Shown: positions 44,777 through 56,502 of the stretch, in pieces
Layout: every line of letters begins with the position of its first letter
Position numbering within the stretch: the first letter of the stretch is position 1
NCBI GenBank assembly: GCA_000708835.1
Contig: DF236994.1
Location: forward strand, 1-64,000
Direction of reading: 5' to 3'
DNA from: Klebsormidium nitens
Taxonomy: Eukaryota > Plantae > Klebsormidiophyceae
Length of the DNA: 64,000 nucleotides
Position numbers and translations under genes: made by a program
The notes under the pieces: generated by a model
Seen by the model: the letters and a program-made list of their open reading frames with translations, nothing else
Database searches by the model: none
What the model was told of the DNA's origin: nothing

Positions 44777-45472
44777 CTGAGGATAGGCAAACACAACAAG
44801 CAGTTAGTTTCTGCTGTTGAATGAAGAGTATGAAGCAGCAAAAGCTAGATACATATGACAAGCATGCCAATCTTCATGCAAGCATATGAGTCTTCTCAAT
44901 TTATACGGCATGAGATATTCCGGTTTGCCTTCCTGTCCTCAATTGAAAGCCATAGTGGACAGGTCATGTGTATCTAACAAGATAGCAGAGAAGATTCAGG
45001 TGGATTGGCATGGAAAGAAGTTGACAGCCCTTCTTTCATTGCCTACCTTGGCTCTTCTGGAATGAAATTATGGTCTATGTTTTGAGTTATAATTTGAGTC
45101 ATGCATAACCCAAGAATGATATTCAATGGAAGCATCAATTGTGTGAAGATAGTTATACAAACTAACTTGGCTGGCCTGCCGTCTTATCAAAATATGCTGT
45201 CTTTATGTGTTTGTCCAGATTGGATGAGCACATCCGAGACTACTACTGTAGGACTGCCTATACTACCCTCTTATTGTTGAATGCTAAAGGGGGGCTGGGC
45301 CAGAATTAAGACAGAAGCAATAGAACAAAAGCATTCAATGCAACAAACTAATGATCTATCCCAGAGCATAGTCAGTCCATCTCAGCATGCACGAGTTAAA
45401 CAAGTTTTCCTGCTTTACGAAGAGCTTCCGCATTGTTAAGAATTCTGGTGCCTGGCGGATAAAGTGTCATAC
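44777..45472 (-). other. Putative 696-nt spliceosomal intron in the 5' leader of the retroelement
   Basis: Minus strand: donor CAG|GTATGA (GT at 45472-45471), AT-rich body, branch point CTAAC (44807-44803), pyrimidine-rich tract, CTCAG| acceptor (44778-44777), ~210 nt upstream of the ORF1 ATG. Confidence 0.55.
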
Positions 45473-46344
45473 CTGAGAGGGGAGAGGAGAGAGAGGGAGG
45501 ATGTCAGTCTTGGACCTGCGTAGAATCTTCAGAGGCTTGACCAATCAGAAATCGCAGAGAAGATCTTCCGTGAGAGCACGAGATTGTCTGAATTGGCCCA
45601 GCCCCCTTGCTTGCTTCGCTTTCTCCTTCTCTTCTGAAATCGAAACCCTAAGTAGCTAATGCTTGGGCGCTTTGCTTGCTGCTGCTGTGAGGCGGTGGCA
45701 AGGAAGTATGCTGTCTCGAAATGCAATTGTTGACTGTTTGTTTGACAATCACGAGGCTGCCTAGGCTGTGGCAAGGCCGGCTTTCAACTTCGACCGTTGA
45801 AAGCAAGTTTCACGACTTCGCGTCTGACGTGGCGCGAACTTATTGGCTGAAGGTTTGATTGATCAATTCTGACCGTAGATGACAAGTTCAGCATTCAATT
45901 TGTGAAGAAGTTGAAGGTTTTAACGTACACCTGGGCTGACGTCATCACCGCCGGGGTTTGGCGGCGCGGCCGTGTTTCCCTGACGTGCGTCCGCGTTGGC
46001 CGCTGACGTATTGGCTGAAGTGGTCGGGGCAGCGCTTTTTTTGTTGCCACGTGTTTTGGGCGTCGACTTCGCACTGGTGTCGACAGTGTTTTTGGCCAGT
46101 AGTGCGTTGAGTCCTAGACAAGAGGATAGATGCTGTAAGGAGCTGCATAAGGCGTGTCCTTCGTCTTGATAAGGGTTTGGCTAGTAAATTCTGTGAAGTT
46201 CCCGTGAACCATCAGAAACTTCACAGTTTAGTTAGAATAAGAGAAATTCGGAATTGAATGTGAAGGCCTTTGCGATCAGATTGCTTACGCAGTAAGCAAT
46301 CTTATAGTGAAGGACATTCAGATTGAATTGAGAAATTGGGTTAT
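44829..46344. repeat. Direct repeat copy B (upstream pseudo-LTR on - strand)
   Basis: Match to copy A begins at tatgaagcagcaaaagc (44829) and ends at gaaattgggttat (46344); flanks diverge on both sides. Confidence 0.97.
45643..46020. promoter_or_regulatory. Candidate promoter within the direct repeat (telo-box AAACCCTAA, ACGT-core and CCAAT motifs); same in copy A (38825-39202)
   Basis: AAACCCTAA at 45643-45651; TGACGTCA/TGACGT cores and ATTGG boxes in a GC-rich patch. Motif-level evidence only. Confidence 0.35.
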
Positions 46345-47104
46345 CTCGAATTCGATGAATAGCTGACCAGTGCAAACAAAATTGTTGACCAGCACCGACA
46401 TTTTGCAGCTTATAGCTGCCACGCACAGTACAGTCAAGACCTAGAGTGTACTATACGATGTGCATGATTGTGTCCGACTTTATACAATTGATGCACAAGT
46501 TTGCTGCCATGAGCTTTTCTGTCAAGAACCACCAATCGACACACGTACGTTGGACCTGAAGCCCATGCGCGAGTCTACCTATCATTGAATCCGTTGAGCA
46601 TGTTGTAGAGTGGTCTTTGTCTGCAATTTTTAAGAAATAAATATCCTTTTTGATTGCAGAAACGTGACCGACCCGCTTCAGTACGAGTAACTTGACGGGC
46701 GAGTCTTGACACAGATTTGCATGCAAGAGTTACTCTTGGCCAGTGGAGCTCAAGTTCAGCACTGATGAGCTACTCTAATGCAGCGGCAGCTCGACAAGCG
46801 TACGTCAAAATGAGGCGTCAGATGCCAGCTTGAGCTGCTGTAGACCCTTCGAAAACTTGCCAGCTTTTACTAGCAACTGCGCTAGTTAGACCGCAGACTG
46901 GCAGCGGCAAATAGCAGCAAATCTTCCGTTTACTGCGACCATAATGCAACACGTCAACCCGCCTATCTATAGTGTACAGCAAATAATGAGAAAAGCACCC
47001 GGAAAACAAAGACGTGCGTCTTTATATTGTACCGGAGAATACGCCCCTCAAGACAACTTCGATGAGTCCGCAGCCGCAGCCGCGTCTCCCAAACCCTGAA
47101 CCCC

Positions 47105-50100
47105 TCACAGCTCCGCCTGCGACTCGCGCGCCGCCTTCCAGTCGGCCATGAGCTGCACCACGCTCTTGCCCGTGGTGTCGTCACCCATCAGGCGGCGCCC
47201 GAACGTGCTCGCGCTCTTTCTGGAGAAGAGCGACTTCTTCATAATGGCGTGGATGCCCCAGTTTGCATCCACCTGCGAAAGAGAGGAAGGGGTCCATGCA
47301 GATCACCGACCAATAACAGGTGCGTAAGCACAATTGCAGGTAATAGACAAGGGGGCGCCAGTTTGAATGACCGATCCAGAACTTGAGAACTGGTTTGCAC
47401 TTGAACGTGTCGACCTTCATCCCATGGAAGAGACGTCTTCTGTCGAGAAGACAGTCCGAAAAAGCCTGCACTAAGGCCAAACTTTATCAAGCGGCAGACA
47501 CTTTTAGAATTCTTTATTCACGAGAGTGACTTCGCTTGAGAGGGCACATTCAGCCCGACGGGGTCGTGCAGCAATGAAAGTTTCGGAGCCGCTTTCAGTA
47601 TGGAAAACAGGCTTCTTTCCTATGGATGCGAATGAATAAGAAAGAACAAAGTCTGCTTGCTTCGCTCTGAAAAACTCGAGAGTCCTCAAGCGTAAGCCAG
47701 GTCTGGTTTGCGAAAGGTTTATCGGGGCTGAAGGCGTCTGTTTGTTCTCATACGAGCCAAACAAATTCCTCATGCAGCTTTGCTTGAAGTCAGCTGCTCG
47801 AGCGGAAAAAGAAAAACAGAGGCACTCACGATCTGGGTCACACCGAAGTCGACTCCCACGCTCATGATCGAGATGGCCTCCGACTCGGTAACGCCGAAGC
47901 CGTCCTGCGCGCGAAGTCAGAAAGTGTCACACCAGAAGCGAAGCGCTGCTTTTAAAGCGTGAGGCCTTCGAACGGTGTCTAGGCTCCACCGTGCAAGGGA
48001 AATTCTTTTGTACGTCGTCTTTAGAACTTAGGATCACCGATTATCGAGCGGTAGCGGGGCCTTATGCGTATAAGATCATGGCTGAACAAAGCAGTTGTTT
48101 GAAATGATTGAGTTTCAAATTCGAATGTCGCAAGTTGGGAAGAAGCTCTACCAGAATCCTCTGTCTGCGGATCGTTTCTGGTTGGCAATTCTGCTCGACT
48201 TCAACCCAAGCGACCCAATTACTCGGGGTATTGAAGACCAAGTGACTGATCTTCCGGAAAAATAGAAGTAAGAAAAGTGGAGAGGAAGAAATGGGTGTGC
48301 TTTGGTGCGTACAAAGAACTTCATCATGGTGAAGACTCACCATGATGAAGTTGCGCGTCTTGACGTACGCGTCGCGGACGGCCTTGTTGAGGTCCGGACC
48401 GAACTGCGGCTGTCCGATCTGGGACGGGATGTCCAGCTGGTTCAAGTAGTCTGCGGCAAAGCAGAAGAAATTGGTAAAAAAATTGAGCGAACCGCTTATC
48501 AACTTTCGGACGGCCTTGTTGAGATCCGGACCGTACTGCAGCTGTCCGATCTGGGACGGGACGTCCAGCTGGTTCAAGTAGTCTGCCGAACAAGAAGAGG
48601 TAACTCTAAGTTCCCGTCCCTGTAATAGACTTTAGCAAAAACGAAAGACTTCTTTGGCCTGCCGAAAGATTCAAAAATAATCAGGAGGCAATGATGGTTC
48701 GATGATGGTTATTTCAGCAGGTAACTCGTGAGTCTGCCGAAAAGACCAAAGCTTTATGATGAATCGTTGGCGTCGAAGTTGCCGAACTCAACTACAGCTT
48801 TTCTGTTGAGGTGAATACTTGGCCATGTTTCGACTCAGTGGTTAAAACGACTTGACTATCACATCGTGACCTGCAAGAAGGCGCAAGGAAACGGGTTGCC
48901 CGAGATGACATGCTTCGAACCAACTGGATGTCAGACATCAGCGCACGAAACTTTTAATCACTAGAAAAGCAATGACCGCCATCCGACGAAAAGGCTGTGG
49001 AGAGACGCTACTGTGGAAGTTTACGAACGACAGAAGATGTTCCCGCAATCCAGGGAGTCCTTCGACCTCTACAACCACGACGCCAACACCCCGTCTTCCA
49101 AAAAGGGCGCAACAGCACACTCCTTGAAGCCCTTAAATGATATCTTCAGAATTTCAACCGACGGGAGTAGATCGGTATCGGTCTCGACCAGCAAACTTTC
49201 CTTGACCCGAGTTTCCGGAAACCCAGTATTCCAAAACGCCACATTTCCAAGAAACCGACCGGGGTAAGAAAACCGGTGGATACAGATGTTTTCATTCTCT
49301 AACAGCGGGTTCCTATTGAGTTACACGTTTCACAATACTAGAAAACCCTGGTTACCTACCGGGGTAAGCAAATCCGTGGATGATAATTTCCGAGTCCGTT
49401 TCCAGCAGCGGGAAGCCCAGGTTCTGGAACGGCAGCGGCGCGTCGGCCGCCTTGATGAGCGACAGCCGGAAGGTGCCGGTCAGGGACGCCTCGACGGCGT
49501 TCCCGGACAGCTCCGAATCACCTTCTGCCGCGTGGCAGTCGCCTGGGTTAGGAAAATACACAAGAAGTTGAGGTTTAACGGTGCGTGGTTTGTGGGTTAC
49601 GTGCAGGTCGGTTTGGCAACGGACAGCTCCGAATCATCGTCCGCCGCGTGGCAGTCGCCTGGGTCAGAAACGTAGGTCGTTAAGAAAGATCAGGTGGGTT
49701 TGTGGATCGTGGCTTCGTAGTCGGGTGTAAAGAAGAGTCGATGGTCATGGGGGTCGATTAGGAATGGCGGGAAGAGGGGGAGGGCTTACGAACCTTACAT
49801 AAGCGGCGAACGGAAAAGCCACTTCCGGATCCGTATTTTTGTTTGAGCTTGTTTTGTTGCTCTGCTGAGACATTTTGGTCCGCAGTCTTTGGATCATTCC
49901 ACATGAGCCGGCATAGGTCTGAGCATCAGAGAATGAAACGAAACCCGTGCTTAGCACATGTTAGCTGCGATGAAGGTATCAACAAAGATACAGAGGAGAC
50001 CAATCTCGACCCGTAATCTTGACAACGTGCACTTAGAGCAGCAGATGCAGGGACGTAGCGAGCGAAGGTGACAGGGACCAGAGACCGGCTGCAAACGCTC

Positions 50101-53100
50101 TGCTTGATTTCGCCAAATGAGGGCCTTGTTGCAACCACCCGCCAATCACTCGCTCCGGCGCTCAAACTGAGGTTTGTTATTTGTTGAAGCTTCGCAGGGC
50201 ATCTAAGGGGACGTCGAGAGTCGATTCTCGTGCTAAGGGTGACCGTAGAAGCGGTACGTACCGAAGACGAGGTTGGCCCCCGGGATCTGCACCTGGTAGT
50301 ACATGGTGGAGCCGGGGCCGGTTCTCCACTGGTCCACGTTGCCGCCCGATCTGCACACGTGGCAGGCGATGCGTGTCAAAGCGATTTTCCCAGTATCGCC
50401 TCCTGTTTCCGCTTCGCCGCTCGGAAAACGTGACTGCTTGACCGGACACGATAGAAGAGGTCATGGTCGGATGCATCCGCAACGGCGACTGTTTCTACGA
50501 AGTCCAACTGTTACGGTCGCCGCGCAGGGCCACATCATATTGCATGTGCGGCGACCAAGGAGAGCAGTTTTGTTGGGTCGCCAAAGCCAAATGGGCGCTC
50601 AAGCCCTTTTCATATTAAATGCGTCGTTTTGGGAATGGTAGTTTGATGAGGCGACTCAGCTGAGAAAGGAGAGATGCTTTGCTTAGTCCAATCGTTCCGG
50701 TAAACTGTGAGCCCGATCAATGGTAACAGGGACGGGTGGAGTAAAATCCGCGCATTAGCCTGGTGTGGACAAGTAGAGCGCGTAACCTATCATTCAAGCT
50801 TTCCGGTAGGCTCAAAAGCTTACCTAACACTTGCTCCCCCCCCCTACTCTCCCCGCCTTTTCAAAAAACCCCCCCCTCTCACTCTTCTTCCACCGCCTGC
50901 CTAGCACTTTCTCCCCCCCCCTCCTCTCCCCCCCTTTTTCAACCTCCCCCTCCCCCCCTTTCCCCTCCCCTGTTCCCCCCCCCTCACCGGGCTTGCAAAT
51001 CATTAGTATCGAGTTCACGCCTTACTTGGTGGGGGCCTGAGAGGAAGCGCCGATCGTCCCGTTCGGCGCGCCGTTGATGAACTTGGATGCGTTGGCCGGA
51101 GTGACGCCGATTGTGCCCAAGTGCGGGCGGAGCGGAACGCGGAACGCGAGCGAAGCGTTGGTGTAGGTGATTCCGTTCTGCAGCGGATAGGGTAGTGATA
51201 TGTATCACAGGCAGGTTTTACGTTAAATCGACCTGGTGAAGGCAACTGATTGTGCCCATATGAGGGCGGAGAGGAACGCGGAACGCGAGGGAAGCGTTGG
51301 TGTAGGTCATCCCGTTCTGCAGCGAAAAGGTCTGCATTATACCACAGGATAGTTTCGCTCTAAACCAAACCTGGCTAAGAGACAGCTAACCAGCTTTTCA
51401 CCAGCTTCGTCAGGTACAAGGGCATCTAACGGAGTATAAACCCGGGTTTATTTGACCATGAATGTAGGGATTAGAAGCTTGTTCCGAAGGACCAATTGGG
51501 TGGATTCCGAGGTCCTTCCGCGGCGGTCCGATGCCTACTCGGAAGGGGCGGCAGAGGAAAACATAAAGAATTGTGTCTTTCGAGCCGCGTGATATTGAAG
51601 CAGGAACCTGACTTGTAGACAGAGCCTGATCCCAGAGTCCATGATGAGAAGCTGTTAGAAGGATTCTGGAGTAATTCTGCAACGGGTCACCGCTCAGACA
51701 AAGCTCAAAGGATAACAGAAGTTTGTAAGAATACAGCGACATTCTGCATGAATTCCGAATTTTGTTGTGGATTTGATCGTAAAAACAGCACAATAAGCCC
51801 ATTCAATAAGGACATTCTTACATGGAACAAAGAGTCGAGAGCCGGTTCAACTCACTGCGCCGGAGAGCTGCGATTGGAAGCCATCCGGATACGTTACGGG
51901 CTCCGAGGAAATTCCGATGTTAGTGGCGTGCGGAATCATTGCCCCCGCGCCGTTGGGTCTCCCATCGGGACCGGTGGTATTGGGGGACAAGAACTGGTAC
52001 ACGGGGGTGGCCCTGTAAAGAGGGGGAACATACGAGAATGGTCAGGGGAGCGCTTATGTCCGGTCGCATATGAGGTTAGGGCGGCAAACTAATATGGTTT
52101 TTGATGGGATAAGAACTGGTACAGGGGAGTAGCCCTGCGGAAAGAAAAGGTAACTGGAGATGCGCTCATTTCTGGTCGCTTATGACGTGTCGGCAGTTCG
52201 GCGCTTCAAGGTTGGCGCCCGATAGACAAGAAGTGGTACACCCTGTAAGTTGAAGGGACATACGAGATAGGTCAGGGGAGCGCTTAAGTCCGGTCGCTTA
52301 TGTCTTATCGGCAGCGCGGCGAACCAAATATGGTTTCCGATATGCACAGACTTTCAAGAAGCCAAGGTGAGTTGGAAACCAAAATGCAGAAGATTTTAAA
52401 GGCCAGAGGCTTGAGAGAGCGCGACTCTTTAACGGAGTCCTAATAAGGATAAAGTCCTGAAAGATTGATCATCGAAACACTGGAACAAATTAAACCCATG
52501 TCCAGCCTCCAGCTTTCTTAGTTTCGACCTTTTGAAAAAAAAATCTATCAGCGTTCTCAAGTCTGCGTAAAAAGCACAGGTGGCAAACATGATCAAGTAG
52601 GCAACGGAGAAGAGGATACGAAAAGAAACAAAGTAGAAGTGTTGATGGGCGGACAGTGTTCTGAAAATCGATTCATAAGCGCTCGTACCATGCGCCAAAC
52701 TCGTCCTTGGTCACTTCGTAGACGATGGCCGTCGACGGGTTGGTTCCCCCCGCGCGATTGGGCACGTTAAACACGCTCAGCGGGTTGCTCTGAGTGTTGG
52801 CGGCAAAGGTGCGTCCCGTCGACGGGTTCTTGCGCGGCTCCAAGGTGAGGATGTCGACCTGCACGTGCCCACGTCATAGCGTATGGTGCGATCCGGCATC
52901 GTACGTCCTTCATCAGTCGCTGATAGGTGCGTCCCCGGATAACTTCTTGCGGGGTTCCAGGGTGATTATTTCAGCCTGCACTTGCCCAAGCTTTAAAATA
53001 TGGTTCTCTCTAGACGGTACTTCTCCATCACGTCTTTCCGATCGGACGGCCCACCTGGAGGATATTACCCAGCCCCACCCCTTATGGGATTACGCGCAAA

Positions 53101-56100
53101 ATCGGACGGTTCAAGAGAAGAAAGATGTATGATCGGACGGCCCACCTGGAGGATGTCCCCCGGCTCCGCACCGCACACTCTGATGGGCCCGGTGATGATG
53201 TGGGCGCCGTTTCCGGGAATGGTCGGCACGCTCTTGTTGATGGGGGCGACGCCGTTCGGCCTGCGATTCAGTGCAATAATTTGTTCGTGGTTGGACATGA
53301 ATGGTTGATTTGCGGTTTAAGATCATCGGCCATTTCGATCTTGAACCGATCGCCTTTTTAGGCTGTTTCAGTCTTCACTTTTCAGCGAGGCCATCCTGAT
53401 GACCTGAACTTTTGACCCTACAGTCGATTAGAGCCGATCTTACCGGGGCACTCAGTTTGAAGAGTGAAATTTCAGGACGGGCGAACGGAGTTGAGATTTT
53501 TTCAAGTTGGCGGCGAATGTCAAAATTCTTTCAATGCTGACTGGTACGACGGGTGTGTTTTGTGACGTCGATCTTACTGATATGTCTACGCCGCTGCGTT
53601 TGAGACGTTCGCGAGTCCTCGAAGACGCTGAGCCGCTGGTCCACCTTAACCATGGGACGGAAGGGACGGAAACGAAACGAAGAGCAAAAAGACTGTGGAA
53701 CGATGGACCCTAAGCTAGGGGTATACTCAAAAACAGACCGTACTTCTTGTCAAAAAGAGCCCGCCCATTCCGCAGGAGATCGCTGGTTTTGGGAACAACA
53801 GGATGAATGATGCGAATTTCGAGCAATTGAGCAGGCAAAGGAGGAGAATAACTAGAGCGTGGCGCAAAGGCTCACCAGTTGAAGATGTCTTCAACGCCCG
53901 GGTCCCCCCTGCAGAATGGCGGAGAGTGGGTGAGAGAGCGCCTTGTAACCTCTTTCTCAAATTACTGATGTCATATCACCTCAGAGATAGTCAGCTACTG
54001 CTGTCAGAGACGATTCTCGTAGGCTATGATGAGTGTGGTTGCTATGTAATAAAAAGTGCGGTTACGTCTTGGGGCTAAAGACGAGAAACTTCGTCCCATT
54101 CCTGGCTCAAAGACGCGGTTCCACGCATGTAACAAACCAAGTCAATAAATCATTCAAAGGCGTGCTTCTCGCTCGCCAGGACGACTTGGAAGCTGCAAAA
54201 GCTTTCGTAAAGCTTCACCGAACTTGTACAGTCAGGGAGGCTTGGCGATCCAGAATAGGAGGACCCTGCTAAGTGCGGCTCGACCTTTCAAAGGACAGCT
54301 TATTGGCTGTCATACTCAATCAGAACCCAAACACGGGAGTGACGTCAGCAGACCGCTTACCTGACCATCTTGGCGTAGTCCTGCGTGGCCTGGTGCGTGA
54401 CGCACTCGGCGGTGATGATGTCACCGCTCTGCACGTGGGCCACCGCCGGGAAGTCGGGGCTGAAGATTCCGCGTCGGACGGTTTTGCTGGAGGCAAAAAA
54501 CAAGGGTTAGTCCACTTTTCGAAGAAGAGATCCTGTGTTGGAAGATACCGCGCCGGACGGTTTTGCTGGAGGGAGAACAGACGGGTTAGTAGACTTTTGA
54601 AAGTAGAGGTGCTAAACTTTGAAGATTCAGCACCGGACGATCTGCTGAAGTGAGAACAGAGGGGTTGGTACAGTTTCAGGCTTAACGAGTTTGTGTTTGA
54701 GAATTCCGCGCCGGACGGTTTTGATGGGGAGAGGAAAAATGGGGTTAGTCCACTTTTCAGAAATAGAACGTGAGTCAACTCTTCCCTAACTCGTTTTGAA
54801 ACAGAGAAGGTCAGTCCACTTTTCAGAAATCGAGAAAGTGTATTGAAGAAATGGGCTCAAGTGGTGCTGAGAAAAGTTGCTTGCAAACAAATGCATCCGC
54901 TACAGCTTCGCAACTTCAAAACTGCCTTTAGAAAATCGCGAGGGAGGGGAAACGGAATGGCTCTGGACATTGTGGGGTTGTTACTGAGAACCTCTCAATG
55001 TGGGGGGCAGTGCCGGGCCTGGAGTCTGATGGGTCCGCTTATCATCCCAGCTGGCTGGGAGTGAAAAACGTGAAGAAACTCTGGAGAAACGGATTGAATC
55101 GTCTCCAAGAGTTGTTTGAATTGCAGAGAGTTCAGGCGAGAGTTTGCACTTGGAGTTTGGACGGCGGCTATATCGAAAGAAGCAAACTTGATTCGTAATA
55201 TCCAATTGATTGAGATGGACTTTGCAAGGAGAATTCGTTTCAAGTAAGGAAATCAGAGCTTGAAAGCTAGTGCTGAGAAGGTATTACTATAGAATGTCGA
55301 CATCTCAAACAGCTGATATGCCCAAGAGCTACAGGTAGGTGAAGGGTTCTGATGAATCAAAACTTAGGTGGACAAGCAAGAAAGCAGCAACCTTGTCCTG
55401 AGCTGAGATAAACTAGTAAAGAATTACATTCTCTACATAAGGGGCAAAGTCGACCTCCAGATTCTCAATGTTTCCACATGTGACTGTGTGCAGGTATTGA
55501 GAACTGATTCCAACATACTCGTATCAACCCACTGATTGCTTTTCCACAAGCTGCTCTTTCAAAGCTGTGTGATTGTTGAAGAAATCGAGTGATGGAAGTA
55601 AACCGGTAAGATTTTCTGCCAAAGCCCCTTTCTGAGTGGTGATTCTCTGAAAGATTAGCAAGCTTGCAAGGCGATATGTGCCTCCCCACCATCGATACTA
55701 TTAATCAACATGCTTTCTCTGGTACAAAAGTAACCTTCACGTCCCAGACATCACTTCTCCTTGGCTACTTCGGGCTCTTTGATTTGGCAACAGGCCTGCC
55801 TTAGTAGAAGGGGGCTTTTAGTCGAGAGAATTCTCAGACGAGTTCAAAACCCCTGAACTCGCCCAGTGATTCATATTATGCTGGGAAACGTATTGCGGGC
55901 AAGGCCCAGAGCTGGGAGATCCAGAACTGCTGCAGTAACACTGCATTCTTAATAGTGATGTGAGTGGAACATCTTCGAATACGCAGAACTGAACAATTCT
56001 CGACTTACCTGGACACGTTAAAAATGACAACATGTAATGCTGACACTTCTCTAGCTACTATTTCCACCCAATCCCATAGCGCCTGTCAAAAGGGAACCCA

Positions 56101-56502
56101 CTGTTTGTATCCAGAACTCGGCTCAATTGGGCCAAGGCGCTAGGCTCTGTCGCTGCGCAGCGTCAAGCAACGTAGAACCGCAACCCCTCCCATTTCGACA
56201 TGGTTTGTGTTGGAGTTTCAACAAGACCAAATCTCAGCTCAACACACTTTTGCTCATGCATAAACTTTACAAAAACAAAGACCAGGAGTGTGAGCTCAGA
56301 TTTGCACACACCTGGTCGCATAAAGGTAGGTCGTGCTGGGCATCGCGCAGTCGCCGTCCGTCGCGCTGCTCGAGGTGGCATTCACACTGGTCGTCTGCTT
56401 CAGCTCACGGCGCGCCCCCGAGGCGTCCACAGGGCACAGTGTGAATGCGCCCAAAAGTAGAGCCAGCACCAAAAGGGGGGATGCGGCCCGATAGCCCGCC
56501 AT
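47105..56502 (-). CDS. Acetamidase/formamidase (FmdA/AmdA) family protein with signal peptide, 522 aa, 12 exons
   Basis: Exons 56312-56502, 54361-54486, 53876-53908, 53146-53260, 52689-52858, 51856-52012, 51026-51177, 50262-50350, 49360-49542, 48341-48450, 47830-47904, 47105-47272 (1569 nt, phases consistent). Motifs GAHIITGPIRVCGAEPGDILQVDIL, PLRPHLGTIGV, GGNVDQW, GDCHAAEGDSELSGNAVE, DFGVTQIVDANWGIHA. Confidence 0.88.
51975..52340. repeat. ~110-120-bp degenerate tandem repeat (3 copies) straddling the exon 6 acceptor of the acetamidase gene
   Basis: acaagaactggtacac...ccctgta...catacgaga..ggtcaggggagcgctta recurs; minus-strand AG acceptors at 52014-13, 52136-35 and 52244-43. Confidence 0.8.
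54462..54835. repeat. ~79-bp degenerate tandem repeat (4 copies plus a partial) straddling the exon 2 acceptor of the acetamidase gene
   Basis: Units start at 54462, 54541, 54621 and 54699 (gaagattccgcgtcggacggttttgctggag...gggttagtccacttttc). Confidence 0.85.

Larger units (their letters stand above)
38011..46344 (-). mobile_element. Penelope-like retroelement (Naiad/Chlamys-type RT) with 1516-bp direct repeats (pseudo-LTR / partial tandem; unit 6818 bp) and a downstream CCCH + HNH coding region
   Basis: 38011-39526 and 44829-46344 are direct repeats (offset 6818) with one mismatch found by eye (38033 t vs 44851 a). The interior encodes a PLE-type RT plus a second coding region. No TG..CA termini; no integrase, protease, RNase H or tyrosine recombinase recognised; no TSD seen. 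Confidence 0.88.

Noticed and set aside
38011-46344. LTR retrotransposon or DIRS element
   Set aside because: The repeats lack TG..CA ends and a TSD; no protease, RNase H, integrase or tyrosine recombinase was recognised; the RT motifs are PLE-type.
50830-50990. Long C/T tract (G/A-rich on the transcribed strand)
   Set aside because: Simple low-complexity intronic sequence; G-quadruplex potential alone is not evidence of function.
54462-54835. CRISPR-like array
   Set aside because: The units are degenerate along their whole length with no constant repeat/unique spacer pattern, the context is eukaryotic, and the units copy an exon junction.
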